From an uncultured delta proteobacterium (GTDB lineage: Bacteria; Desulfobacterota; Desulfobacteria; Desulfobacterales; SG8-13): 64,000 bases of DNA. The position numbers and the translations under genes are program-made. The notes beneath the pieces are model-generated. The model was not told where the DNA came from, made no database searches, and worked only from the letters and a program-made list of their open reading frames with translations. Of the stretch, positions 23,672 to 33,871 are shown piece by piece. Location: positions 1,344,538 through 1,408,537 of the forward strand of contig CAWKCK010000017.1 of NCBI GenBank assembly GCA_963848135.1, given 5' to 3'. Each line of letters starts with the position of its first letter. The first letter of the stretch is position 1.

Positions 23672-24628
23672 ATGGCAAAAAAAATCCTGGCTGCCGATAT
23701 CGGCGGAACAAACAGTCGATTCGGCGCTTTCAGCGTCGACAACAAGAACCGTTTGGAACTTGTGGCGTCCCGTTGGCTGGACACCCGGGCGTATTCCTCG
23801 TTTCGAGATCTACTCTATGAGCTCGAAACCGGTGGATTCGAAATGCCGGTTTCATCCGCAGATTCCGCCGTTTTCGCTGTTGCCGGGCCGGTAATAAAGG
23901 ACGTCTTCAGCAGCCCACCGAATATCGACTGGGATATCGACCTAACAAGTATTGCCAAAGAATTCGATGTTGAATCATGCGTATTAATTAACGATTTCAT
24001 CGCCCAGGCGTATGCCTGCCGTTCGCCGGTCATAAAGGATGCCCGCCAGATCCTTACCGGGGAAACTGACCCTGAGGCCCCATTGGCGGTAATCGGAGCG
24101 GGCACGGGACTGGGGCAGGCCGCTCTGGTTCCCTTGAAGAACGGTGGCTATACGGCCCTGGCTTCCGAGGGTGCCCATACCGGTTTTGCCTTTGAAGCCG
24201 AGTCGGAACTGGCCTATAAGCGATTCCTGCTAAAAATTTCAGGCGAACCGTATGTCAGAGCAGAAACGGTTGTTTCCGGTGCCGGTTTGGCCCACCTGCA
24301 TCGCTTCCTCACCGGTGAACGGCTCGAACCGGCCGAGGTGTCCGCGACCTTGGGCGACGATTCGGAAACCCTCCGCTGGATGGCCAGGTTCTACGGCCGA
24401 CTCACCCGCAATTTGGCATTGCAAATGCTGGCCCTTGGCGGCGTTTATATTGCCGGTGGTGTAGCGGCCAAGGTTCCCGAACTCGTGACGCATACGGAAT
24501 TTACGCGCGCGTTCCGACACTCGGTGACGATGCGCCGGGTATTGGAACAGATACCGGTATACTTGAACACAAATGAAGAGAGCGGTCTGTGGGGCGCGGC
24601 CTTTAAGGCGATGCAAATGAGCCGATAG
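23672..24628 (+). CDS. glk: Glucokinase
   Basis: ADIGGTNSR, LINDF, GAGTGLG, SEGAH, YIAGG. Confidence 0.9.
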   Translation: MAKKILAADIGGTNSRFGAFSVDNKNRLELVASRWLDTRAYSSFRDLLYELETGGFEMPVSSADSAVFAVAGPVIKDVFSSPPNIDWDIDLTSIAKEFDVESCVLINDFIAQAYACRSPVIKDARQILTGETDPEAPLAVIGAGTGLGQAALVPLKNGGYTALASEGAHTGFAFEAESELAYKRFLLKISGEPYVRAETVVSGAGLAHLHRFLTGERLEPAEVSATLGDDSETLRWMARFYGRLTRNLALQMLALGGVYIAGGVAAKVPELVTHTEFTRAFRHSVTMRRVLEQIPVYLNTNEESGLWGAAFKAMQMSR

Positions 24629-24736
24629 CGCCTTCCGACACCAACATTCTTGCAAATATCAAAGATAGGCTTATTTTGGTCGAGCCCGTCGTGAAATTCG
24701 ATAAATTTTTATGCAGCAAGTTAACAAGGAGGTCCT

Positions 24737-26035
24737 ATGAATGATCATGTAAAAGGGTTCGCCACCCGGGCCGTACATGCCGGCCAAGCGCCGGATAAGG
24801 CAACCAATGCCAGAGCCGTTCCCATTTACCAGACCACGTCATTTACGTTCAACGATACGGCCCATGCCGCGGATTTGTTTGGCCTGAGGCAATTCGGCAA
24901 TATTTATACTCGGATCATGAATCCAACGACCGATGCCCTCGAGCAAAGGATTGCCGCTCTTGAAGGCGGTGTCGGGGCCCTGGCCCTTTCTTCCGGCCAG
25001 GCGGCCGAAACCCTGGCGTTGCTGACCCTGGCCGAATCCGGCGACGAAATCGTTTCGTCCACCGATCTTTACGGCGGTACCGTCAGCCTTTTCACCCATA
25101 CATTCAAAAAATTCGGCATTAACGTCAAGTTTGTGCCACCGGATGACCCGGCAGCGTGGGAAAAAGCCATCAGCGCCAATACCAAGGCCTTTTTTACCGA
25201 AACCATCGGCAACCCGAAGCTCGACATCGTCGATATCGAGGCCATTGCGGACATCGGCAAACGGCACGGAATCCCCCTGGTGGTCGACAACACGGTCACC
25301 ACGCCGTACCTGCTGCGACCGTTCGAGTTCGGCGCGGCCATCATCATTCACTCCGCCACCAAGTTCATCGGCGGCCACGGCACGTCTATTGGCGGTCTCA
25401 TTGTCGACTCAGGCAATTTTGACTGGGAAGGCTCCGGTAGATTTCCGGCCTTTGTCAAACCCGAGCCCGCTTACCACGGTTTGAAGTTTGTCGAGACCTT
25501 CGGAAACCTGGCCTTTATCCTGCGCGCCCGGGTGCTCGGTTTGCGGGACATGGGAGCGGCCATGAGCCCGTTCAACGCCTGGATGTTTTTGCAGGGCTTG
25601 GAAACCTTGCACCTGCGCATGGCCTGCCACTCGGAAAACGGATTGCAGGTCGCCCGTTTCCTGGAAAAAAACAAATGCGTCAGCTGGGTCCGTTACCCCG
25701 GCCTCGAGTCCTCGCCCACCTATCATTTGAAGGATAAATATCTTCCGAAAGGTCAGGGTGCCCTGGTCGGATTCGGCATTAGCGGCGGCAATGCCTCAGC
25801 GGTCAAATTTATCGAAAGCCTCGAGCTGTTCAGTCATCTGGCCAATATCGGTGATGCCAAAAGCCTCGTCATCCATCCGGCTTCGACCACCCATGAACAA
25901 TTGAGCGCAGAAGAACAAAAGGCAGCCGGAGTCACACCGGATTTTATCCGCTTGAGCGTCGGCATCGAAGATATCAATGACATCACCGCAGATCTGGGCC
26001 AGGCCCTGGAGGAAGGGGTGGGCTGTAAACTTTAA
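24737..26035 (+). CDS. metY: O-acetylhomoserine aminocarboxypropyltransferase (sulfhydrylase)
   Basis: [46 protein letters not shown]. Confidence 0.92.
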   Translation: MNDHVKGFATRAVHAGQAPDKATNARAVPIYQTTSFTFNDTAHAADLFGLRQFGNIYTRIMNPTTDALEQRIAALEGGVGALALSSGQAAETLALLTLAESGDEIVSSTDLYGGTVSLFTHTFKKFGINVKFVPPDDPAAWEKAISANTKAFFTETIGNPKLDIVDIEAIADIGKRHGIPLVVDNTVTTPYLLRPFEFGAAIIIHSATKFIGGHGTSIGGLIVDSGNFDWEGSGRFPAFVKPEPAYHGLKFVETFGNLAFILRARVLGLRDMGAAMSPFNAWMFLQGLETLHLRMACHSENGLQVARFLEKNKCVSWVRYPGLESSPTYHLKDKYLPKGQGALVGFGISGGNASAVKFIESLELFSHLANIGDAKSLVIHPASTTHEQLSAEEQKAAGVTPDFIRLSVGIEDINDITADLGQALEEGVGCKL

Positions 26036-26039
26036 ACTT

Positions 26040-26073
26040 AATTATACCCTGTCGCGAGCGACAGCGTATAATT
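26040..26073. terminator. Palindromic hairpin after metY (probable terminator)
   Basis: AATTATAC-C-CTGTCGC-GA-GCGACAG-C-GTATAATT inverted repeat. Confidence 0.5.
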
Positions 26074-26118
26074 AAGTTCAATCAAAGCCTCTATATTTAG
26101 AAGAGATCGAACTCGCGT

Positions 26119-26826
26119 ATGAATCCCCGGGAAGACCAGAAGCGCCGTGCAGCATGGGAGGCCATTGAACAGGTACAATCGGGCATGGTCATTGGGCTCG
26201 GTACTGGCAGTACCGCCACTTGGGCTTTGAAACGCCTGGCGGAACGCCTCGCAGCGGTTGAAATCACAAAGATTGCCGGCGTGCCAAGCTCCCGGGACAC
26301 CGCGGAAAAAGCCGTTCGGTTAGGCATCCCCCTGACCGACCTGAACACCCACCCTGTACTTGATATGACCATCGACGGAGCCGACGAAATCGATCCGGAC
26401 CTTAACCTGATAAAAGGCGGTGGGGGAGCATTGCTGCGAGAGAAGGTTCTGGCTCAAGCCAGCCGGCGCAACATCATCATCGCCGATGCATCAAAATTGT
26501 CTCCGCATCTGGGAAGCCGACATGCACTTCCGGTTGAGGTGACGACGTTCGCCTGCAAATGCATTGAACGCTATCTGGTTGCCCTTGGTGCTAAAGTTCA
26601 GATCCGACAGTCCAACTCCGGCACATCGTTCCGTACCGATCAGGGGAACCTGATACTCGACACCGATTTCGGCCCTATTTTGGACCCTGGAGTGCTTGCG
26701 GCCAAATTGGCCGACAGGGCCGGGATCATTGCCCATGGACTTTTTCTGAATCTGGCCGACGACGTCATTGTCGGTGAAGAAGAAAGGGTTCGGCACTACT
26801 GCTGCTCAAGCCCAGGCGACGAGTGA
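26119..26826 (+). CDS. rpiA: Ribose-5-phosphate isomerase A
   Basis: GLGTGST, DGADE, KGGGGALLREK, TDQGNLILD. Confidence 0.95.
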   Translation: MNPREDQKRRAAWEAIEQVQSGMVIGLGTGSTATWALKRLAERLAAVEITKIAGVPSSRDTAEKAVRLGIPLTDLNTHPVLDMTIDGADEIDPDLNLIKGGGGALLREKVLAQASRRNIIIADASKLSPHLGSRHALPVEVTTFACKCIERYLVALGAKVQIRQSNSGTSFRTDQGNLILDTDFGPILDPGVLAAKLADRAGIIAHGLFLNLADDVIVGEEERVRHYCCSSPGDE

Positions 26827-26961
26827 ATCGCCCCCGCCGAATGGAACCATAAGCCATCCCCCTTAATAGGGGCAAAAGCAAAAATACACACCTTACAAAT
26901 TCGAAAATATAAGCCCGAATTTCGCAACGAATCCAAATGGTAAAAATGCAGCGGCTGTCAT

Positions 26962-28329
26962 TCACTTGTTCTTCCCCCGATAGAACCGAGCCAGCACCTG
27001 CGGGGCAACACCCAGGTAATACGCGATGACCACCGCCTGATTGACGGCCCACGTCCGCCACGCTCCCAACCTGAGCCAGCGCCGGGCGGAAGTGAGGACC
27101 GGAACCGGCAGGGTAACGATGTGACCCTTCTTGCCCAGACGTCGGATGATTTCATAGTCTTCCATGATCGGCAGAACGGGATATCCACCAACCGCCCGGT
27201 ATGTCACGCCCGACATGAAGAGTGCCTGATCACCGTATGGTTTTTTCAAGAATCGTGAGCGCCAATTTGCGACCTGTTCCATAATACGCATGGCGCCATG
27301 GGGCGCGTCGATGCGCAGTTCAAAAGCCCCGGCGGCGACCTTCGGTTTTATCAAGCAGCGGCGGACGACCTGATCATACCCTTCCGGCAGCAGTGTGTCG
27401 GCGTGAAGAAAGAGCAGGATATCACCGCTCGCCATCGCCGCACCGAGGTTCATCTGCTGCGCCCGTGGCGGGGAAGACGTCCATACAACCGCACCGGCCG
27501 AGCAGGCAATGTCCCGAGTACTATCACAGCTGCCGCCGTCAACGACAATGACCTCGATGTTTTCTGCCTGTTGCGCTCTTCGGACCGTCGCCGCGATGCT
27601 TCCGGCCTCATCGAGCGCAGGAATGATAACCGATATCCGCTGACGCGCCGTCTTTATGACGGATTCGCCAGTCAATTGCTCCCAGACGGGGAGATCTTCC
27701 GGTCGGTCGACATCGGCAAGGGTTGGCAACATCGCTACCGATAACCCCAACGCTGCCGCCCTGTCTCGTGAGAGTTCCATCACCTTTCTTGTCCCCCAGG
27801 GTATATCGGCAAGCAAGTGCGGAATCGCCCTCGCAACGGATTTTCTGTGCAGACCGATCAGATAGTAACCGCCGTCGACTGCCGGGCCAAAAACGATGTC
27901 CGTCCGTTTCAGCGCATCGAAGGCTCTATGGATCGTATCGGCGGTAATACCCGGTATATCGGTCCCGACCACGATGGCAGCGCTGGCACCGCCAGAAAAA
28001 CCCGCTTCCAGGGCAGTGCCCATGCGATGGTCGAGCTCTCCATCACCCTGGGCGGTATAGGTATATCCGGAACCGAGCCATTGACGCATCGCGGTTGCGT
28101 TTCCGCCGGCAAAACGGATTTCTATATGCAGCGGACGTAAGCGCACAAGCGGTGTCAGTCGGCGGAGCAAGCGCTCCGTCATGCGCCGCTGCAATTCCGC
28201 TGCACCCTCGGCCCCCACGGCCGGAATGAGGCGGGTTTTTGTATGACCGGGTTCAGGATAGCGGGTAAATATGATCAAATGTTCGCTGGCAATCGGTGGC
28301 ACGGCGTTCCTGACGGTGTTGTATCCCAA
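26962..28329 (-). CDS. Fused TIGR04282-like + TIGR04283-like glycosyltransferase (arsenosugar / rSAM-selenodomain-associated)
   Basis: N-half FTRYPEPGHTKTRL, QGDGEL, GTDIP, GPAVDGGYYLIG, DVDRPEDL; C-half ISVIIPALDE, RAQQMNLGA, LFLHADT, YGDQALF, MEDYE, TSARRW; start uncertain. Confidence 0.88.
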   Translation of the reverse strand: MGYNTVRNAVPPIASEHLIIFTRYPEPGHTKTRLIPAVGAEGAAELQRRMTERLLRRLTPLVRLRPLHIEIRFAGGNATAMRQWLGSGYTYTAQGDGELDHRMGTALEAGFSGGASAAIVVGTDIPGITADTIHRAFDALKRTDIVFGPAVDGGYYLIGLHRKSVARAIPHLLADIPWGTRKVMELSRDRAAALGLSVAMLPTLADVDRPEDLPVWEQLTGESVIKTARQRISVIIPALDEAGSIAATVRRAQQAENIEVIVVDGGSCDSTRDIACSAGAVVWTSSPPRAQQMNLGAAMASGDILLFLHADTLLPEGYDQVVRRCLIKPKVAAGAFELRIDAPHGAMRIMEQVANWRSRFLKKPYGDQALFMSGVTYRAVGGYPVLPIMEDYEIIRRLGKKGHIVTLPVPVLTSARRWLRLGAWRTWAVNQAVVIAYYLGVAPQVLARFYRGKNK

Positions 28330-28376
28330 ATGAATACCTTGATCGATTCAAAAGAGGCTATCTTCCACCGGGACTT

Positions 28377-28536
28377 GTATCGGTTCACAGGGTTACAACG
28401 TCCAATGTGCTTAAGGCCCCAGAATTGTAAGCATTTACGGGGTGCCGCGGATGCAAGGCGCCGGGCGCGCAGGCGTACTTTTTTGTACTTCAAGTGCCCG
28501 ACAACAAAGCAGATGCGGTGCCCTGTATATGCTTAC
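28377..28536. mobile_element. MITE-like non-autonomous element, copy 1
   Basis: Direct repeat CGGGACTT at 28369-28376 and 28537-28544; imperfect terminal IRs; homologous copy at 50155-50312. Confidence 0.85.
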
Positions 28537-28671
28537 CGGGACTTTCGTCCATATCGTGTCAAGAGTCAAGGCATCGGCACATTTGGGATCGAACGGAGCG
28601 TCGTTTCGAAGTGTTTAGGCTGTGAAACTCTGCGTATGGTGATATATCCGTGATTGGAAATAGAAAGGGTT

Positions 28672-29703
28672 TCATGACCGCATGAAGGGATCGAAGAGGG
28701 AGCGAATGAAAGCAAGGTCCATATACCGTTGAAGGGTTCGCCAGGTATCCGGATTTTTCATGCCAACAAACTCGGTCTGATAGGCCACCCACCCCATGGC
28801 CGACCAGGATATGCCCCGCAAGTAAACGAACGGATCACGCAGGCGGATTCGATCCTGCAGTGTCTCCCGCTGATGAGCATTTCCAATACTGCGGGAATAA
28901 GCGCCAGTGAATTCTTTCTTCGCCGCAGGCGTCATACGGTAGTTTGTCTTCCACAGGGTCGTCAGAGGAGAACAAAAGTGGGATAAATCCTGTGAAGGGT
29001 CTCCCCAGCGCGGCATTTCCCAGTCCACCAGGTAAATGCTTCCAGACTTTCGGTCGACGATGAAGTTCCCCGAATTTACTTCAGTGTTTATGACACAGTG
29101 CCACGGATCGTCCTGGTAGTATGTTTCCTGCTTCCGCGCCTCAGCGGCCCAAAGGATGACCTCCCCCAGGTACCTGCGGAGGTCATCATCCGCCAGATCC
29201 GAATCGAAGAAGTGCTGCAGCAGACCTTTGCACTCGTTAAAGATCAGACTCAACGGCGCGTCTTCGCGAATCAGATGATTTCTCTCTTCGGCAACCCCGA
29301 TCTGGTGGACGGTGGCAAACAGATGGGCTGCCGCTTCCAGGTCGCGGCTGTAATCCAGTGGTTCACCCGGAAGGTATGCCATGATCAACACCCCGTGGTC
29401 CAACCTTTTCCGGCTGTCATCCACGAAAAAGGGGCGGGGGGTAACACCGCTGTTTTCGAGCAGCTTCAGTGCCCGGTATTCATAATCGATCTGATCGGAG
29501 CGATCGATCTGGGTGCCGATATTCACGCGGAATACAAGCGGCACGCCATCGGGATCAGCGCTCATCAAGTAGTTAAGATTGTATTCCCCTTGCGCAAGCG
29601 GTGCAACTGTATACCGGCAGCCCTGCATGCCCGGAACGCCGCGCCAGTCTTGGCCGTCGATGTAGACCTGCACCTTCGGCAACATGTCTTCCATCAGGCC
29701 CAT
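28672..29703 (-). CDS. Aminoglycoside-phosphotransferase / choline-kinase-like protein
   Basis: LAQGEYNLNY P-loop, atypical catalytic loop NTEVNSGN, LVDWE, GDPSQDL. Confidence 0.75.
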   Translation of the reverse strand: MGLMEDMLPKVQVYIDGQDWRGVPGMQGCRYTVAPLAQGEYNLNYLMSADPDGVPLVFRVNIGTQIDRSDQIDYEYRALKLLENSGVTPRPFFVDDSRKRLDHGVLIMAYLPGEPLDYSRDLEAAAHLFATVHQIGVAEERNHLIREDAPLSLIFNECKGLLQHFFDSDLADDDLRRYLGEVILWAAEARKQETYYQDDPWHCVINTEVNSGNFIVDRKSGSIYLVDWEMPRWGDPSQDLSHFCSPLTTLWKTNYRMTPAAKKEFTGAYSRSIGNAHQRETLQDRIRLRDPFVYLRGISWSAMGWVAYQTEFVGMKNPDTWRTLQRYMDLAFIRSLFDPFMRS

Positions 29704-29826
29704 ACAGTTTTACCCTTTCGACGGCACCATCGGCGTTTGAAGATGATAAAATAGAAAATTATTTCGAATATTTGCGCACCTTCGAAACTGTCAAAATTTG
29801 GGAGTCTTCCCAGAAAAGCGGGGGGT

Positions 29827-30870
29827 TTACAAATGATTATTATTTTCGATTGGAAACACCCGAATCCTGTCGGGCGGCAACCGAAGTCGAACGGCCTGCC
29901 CCGGATAATACTCTCCCCGTCCGGCCAGCACTTCCAGTCGTTTCCCGCGGCAACTCACCCACACCCGGGTGGCCACTCCTTCAAAATGGGTTCGTTCCAC
30001 CCGACCCTCCAAATCAAACTCGTTAATGGTTGAAAGCAGTATGTCCTCCGGCCGAATCGTTGCCGTCAGAGGATGTCCGTTGCCGGCCATTTTGGGCAGA
30101 GCGAAATCACCGAATACCGTTTGAAAGCACCCATTTCGGAAGCGCCCATCGAAGAAGTTCACTCCGCCGAAAAACCGGGCGACAAGCCTGTCTACCGGCT
30201 TATAGTAAAGCTCCTGGGGCGTTCCCACCTGGCGCAATTGACCGTCAAGCAGTAACGTCACCCGGTGGGACATGACAAGCGCCTCAGTTTGATCGTGGGT
30301 CACAAATAGTGTTGTGATACCGGTTTTTTCCTGAATATCGCAGATCAACTCTCGCATCTGGTGACGCAGGTTGGCATCCAGATTGCTCAGTGGTTCGTCG
30401 AGTAACAAAAGACCCGGTTTCAATACCAATGCCCGGGCCAGGCTCACCCGCTGCTGCTGACCGCCGGAGAGTTCGTGAATCTTCCGTCTTCCAAGTCCAT
30501 CAAGCTGGGTGAGTTCCAAAATATGCTCTACCTTGTGTCTGACTTCACGCGCCGCCAGCCCGTGCATTTTCAGTCCGAAACCAACATTTTGGGAGACGTC
30601 CAGAAAGGGGAACAGTAGCGGCTTCTGAAAAACCATGACCGTGTTGCGTTTTTCCGGAGGCGTGCCGTTGAGCAAGCGCCCATTTAGCCATATCTCGCCT
30701 TCGGCTGTTCCGATCAGGCCGGCCACAGCTTTTAGAATGCTCGTTTTCCCTGCGCCGCTGGGTCCCAGGATCGATACCATTTCACCATCTGCGACCTTCA
30801 GGTTGAAACGATCGATCACCGATTGCCGGCCGTAACGGATGGAAATATCTTTCAGGAACAGCTCGCCCAT
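29827..30870 (-). CDS. ABC transporter ATP-binding protein (PotA/YnjD-like, TOBE)
   Basis: GPSGAGKT, LSGGQQQR, LLLDEP, VTHDQ; ATG at 30870. Confidence 0.92.
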   Translation of the reverse strand: MGELFLKDISIRYGRQSVIDRFNLKVADGEMVSILGPSGAGKTSILKAVAGLIGTAEGEIWLNGRLLNGTPPEKRNTVMVFQKPLLFPFLDVSQNVGFGLKMHGLAAREVRHKVEHILELTQLDGLGRRKIHELSGGQQQRVSLARALVLKPGLLLLDEPLSNLDANLRHQMRELICDIQEKTGITTLFVTHDQTEALVMSHRVTLLLDGQLRQVGTPQELYYKPVDRLVARFFGGVNFFDGRFRNGCFQTVFGDFALPKMAGNGHPLTATIRPEDILLSTINEFDLEGRVERTHFEGVATRVWVSCRGKRLEVLAGRGEYYPGQAVRLRLPPDRIRVFPIENNNHL

Positions 30871-31664
30871 CACCAGACCCCCGTAAGACTTTGTCGGCCA
30901 AGGTTCTTGGCACTGAAAAGCAGCGCCAGGAAAGCCGGCACTACGAAAACAATGCTGACCGCAGCCGCAACCGGACGATCCCCGCTGGCCATCAGCGCGA
31001 AAAGGATCACGGGCAGGGTTGTGATTTTTCCGCCGCCAATGATGAGGGTAGCCAGGTACTGGCTCCAGGACAACAGAAATGAAAACAGGGATGCCACGAC
31101 GATTCCCGGCAGTGTCATGGGCAGCATGATCCGCAGAACAACGCTGGTCGTATTTGCGCCGAGTGATCGTGCCTGATCTTCGAAGTCGGGATTGTAATTC
31201 GAGAACACGCCCCACATCACGAAAACGGCATAGGGCAGGCAGAAGGTGAGGTGGACGAGAACCACGCCGATAAAAGTTTCGGTTAATCCCAACCGAATGA
31301 ACCACAGATGCAGTCCCATGGCAACACACAGAGGCGGCACGATGACCGGCAGCGTCAAGAGAACTGAAATCAAATCCTTACCTCTAAAAGTGTAGAGTCC
31401 AAGCGCGCGACCAGCTGGGAATCCAACCAGCAGCGCGATGACTGCGGTTGCCGCTCCGACGGCGATACTTTGAAAAACGGCATTTAAGATCTGGTCGCCG
31501 GCAGTTCCGAAGATATACTGCCACGCGCGAAGACCCCACGCTTGGGGAAGAAGACCGGGGTAAAACCAGCGGGCACTGAACGACCAGATGAGAAGTTGGC
31601 AGAAAGGCAACCCGATGGCGACGGTGACCAGTCCTGCAAAAATATACCGGGTCGGAATTTTCAT
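30870..31664 (-). CDS. ABC transporter permease
   Basis: EAA-like loop FEDQARSLGA; multi-TM. Confidence 0.9.
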   Translation of the reverse strand: MKIPTRYIFAGLVTVAIGLPFCQLLIWSFSARWFYPGLLPQAWGLRAWQYIFGTAGDQILNAVFQSIAVGAATAVIALLVGFPAGRALGLYTFRGKDLISVLLTLPVIVPPLCVAMGLHLWFIRLGLTETFIGVVLVHLTFCLPYAVFVMWGVFSNYNPDFEDQARSLGANTTSVVLRIMLPMTLPGIVVASLFSFLLSWSQYLATLIIGGGKITTLPVILFALMASGDRPVAAAVSIVFVVPAFLALLFSAKNLGRQSLTGVW

Positions 31665-32572
31665 AGGATGACCCCCCTTCGGCGGGCGACCTGAACCAAC
31701 ACTTGGGAGAGAACGATGGCCACCGCCACAACTGCTGCAATGATCAAACCGGTGGCAATGCCCTCGGGACGCGCCATAAGATCGATATCGCTGAAATTCC
31801 GGTAGGCCCACACAGGCATGGTCATGGGGTAGGTTTGGCCCAGCAGATACGGCACCTCGAAAGCGCCAAAAGTGTACGCAAAAACGATCAGGCTGGCCGC
31901 TCCAAGACTGGGCAAGATGATCGGCAACACCACGAAGCGAAACCGCTGCCACCGGTTGGCGTGCAGCGTGCGAGCGGCTTCCAGCAGTTCTGTCCCCTGG
32001 TTGTTTAGCACGGACAGGACCATAAGGGTGATAAACGGAACTTCTTTCCAAACGTAGGTAATGATTATACCGACACCCCAAGAATCGTTTACCATCAAGG
32101 GAAACTGTGACGGATTGTCGATCAGTCCGATGGCTTGCAGCATGCGCGAGGCCAGGCCGCTGGGGGCCAACATAAAGATGACGGCCGTAGCAATAACCAG
32201 GTGCGGCACCGTCAATGGAATCTGAAACACAAAGTTGACAACACGTCGAGAGGATCGGTAACCGGTCATGGCCATCGCCGCCAGCACACCGAGTACCGCG
32301 GCAATTGCCGTCGATACCGCAGAGATATAGAATGTCAGGGCAAGGTTCTTCAGAAAATCCGGATCAGCGATAATATTGTTGAAATGCTTCAGGGAGTATA
32401 CCGTCATCCCGGCTGCCGGCAGATGGCCGAGGCTCTGAAGAGCCCCCAGGAATAGTCCCCCCCCAAACAAGCCCAGCACCACCAGCAAGGCCGGTGTGAG
32501 AAGAGCGGTCAACACGGGAAAACCCGGACCGGTGCGGGTCCGGGCATCGGTAATCGGTTCAACGGTAATCAT
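31661..32572 (-). CDS. ABC transporter permease
   Basis: WKEVPF, LLEAARTLHA, FGAFEVPYLLG. Confidence 0.9.
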   Translation of the reverse strand: MITVEPITDARTRTGPGFPVLTALLTPALLVVLGLFGGGLFLGALQSLGHLPAAGMTVYSLKHFNNIIADPDFLKNLALTFYISAVSTAIAAVLGVLAAMAMTGYRSSRRVVNFVFQIPLTVPHLVIATAVIFMLAPSGLASRMLQAIGLIDNPSQFPLMVNDSWGVGIIITYVWKEVPFITLMVLSVLNNQGTELLEAARTLHANRWQRFRFVVLPIILPSLGAASLIVFAYTFGAFEVPYLLGQTYPMTMPVWAYRNFSDIDLMARPEGIATGLIIAAVVAVAIVLSQVLVQVARRRGVIL

Positions 32573-33810
32573 CTTTTCTTCAGCACTTGATTAACCCAAT
32601 CTTTTTCGAGGCGGATTAAAATTTGCGAAGGCGGTTCCGGCAATTGATGGCTCTGCAGGACATCATCCGAAAGGGTGGCGATACCGCGAGGTAAATCGGC
32701 AAACCGGGCCTGCCACTGCGGATCGAGGCGTTTGACATCGATCGCTGGGAAATCGCCCCATACGATCGGGTCTGCTTTTTGGAACTGTGCCTCGGGAGAA
32801 AGAAGAAAATCGGCCACCACCATTGCGCCTTCTTTGTGTTCGGCGTTGAAGGGAATCGCCACAAAATGGGTATTGCTGATCGTCCCTTCCTCGAACACAA
32901 AAGTGCGCACAGATTCTGGATAAAGGCCGTCATTGATTTTCTTCGAAGCTTCGGCCGGATGGTAACTAATGGCGAAATCCACCTCACCGTCGGCAAACAG
33001 CTGGGACAGCCGCTCGGGGTTTTCCGGATATGTTTCCCCGTCGCGCCAGAGAGACGGTGCCAGTTCACGTAGAACACGAAAACACTCCGCGGCGGTCTCC
33101 GCAAAACGGCCTTCGTTCAGCGGCCCCTGCCATGCACCGACATCTCCGGAAATAGCGTAAAAGACATGACGGACAAATACCGAACCGGTAAAATCCGGTG
33201 GTGCCGGGTAGGTAAACCGACCGGGATGATTGCGTACCCAGTCGAGAAGATCTTTCATGCTACGGGGTGGATTCGGCGTGCGCGCACTATCGTAAATCAT
33301 AACGACCTGGGCACTTCCCCAGGGTGACTCGAGATTTTCCACGGGTTCACCGAAGTCGTTAAAGACAGATGGGCGACTCCAATCGACCAGGCGCTGGTTC
33401 GGTAGTTGATTCGCAAAAGGACCAAAAAGCAGATCGTTGCGCTTGGCTGTACGAAAGTTTTCACCGTTAATCCAGAGCAGGTCGGCCTGACCGCCGGCAT
33501 CCTTGCCGGCCTGTTTTTCCACTAGTAGCTTGCTGATGACTTCCGCAATATCGGTGATGGGAACCTGGCGCAGGCTGATGCCGTAGCGCTCTTTTACGGC
33601 CGGAGCGACATACCCGTTGACATAGGCATTGGTGCTGGGAAATCCCCCCCACATATACCAATCGACGGTCTGCCCCTTCGCGCGCCGAAGGATGTCGTCC
33701 CAGTTGTCACCGGTAGCATGTATTAACGGTGGAAGACACAAAAACCCGAATATCGCCATCAATAGCCCAATGGCGACAGGGTGCCACCGCTTTTTCTTCG
33801 AGAGCGTCAT
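32569..33810 (-). CDS. ABC transporter substrate-binding protein, YnjB-like
   Basis: Signal peptide; AKGQTV..WGG, WINGENF, PWGSAQ, FTYPAPPDFTG, FLLSPEAQ..KADP.VWGD resemble E. coli YnjB. Confidence 0.85.
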   Translation of the reverse strand: MTLSKKKRWHPVAIGLLMAIFGFLCLPPLIHATGDNWDDILRRAKGQTVDWYMWGGFPSTNAYVNGYVAPAVKERYGISLRQVPITDIAEVISKLLVEKQAGKDAGGQADLLWINGENFRTAKRNDLLFGPFANQLPNQRLVDWSRPSVFNDFGEPVENLESPWGSAQVVMIYDSARTPNPPRSMKDLLDWVRNHPGRFTYPAPPDFTGSVFVRHVFYAISGDVGAWQGPLNEGRFAETAAECFRVLRELAPSLWRDGETYPENPERLSQLFADGEVDFAISYHPAEASKKINDGLYPESVRTFVFEEGTISNTHFVAIPFNAEHKEGAMVVADFLLSPEAQFQKADPIVWGDFPAIDVKRLDPQWQARFADLPRGIATLSDDVLQSHQLPEPPSQILIRLEKDWVNQVLKKR

Positions 33811-33871
33811 TTAGGAGTCCTTTCTGAAGGCCGATTCGACGAAATTCCTTTAATGGTTTTAACGCTCAGAC

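Noticed and set aside
28243..28653. ORFs 28243-28653 and 50042-50320 with similar peptide sequence
   Set aside because: The similarity comes from the shared MITE; these are not genes.
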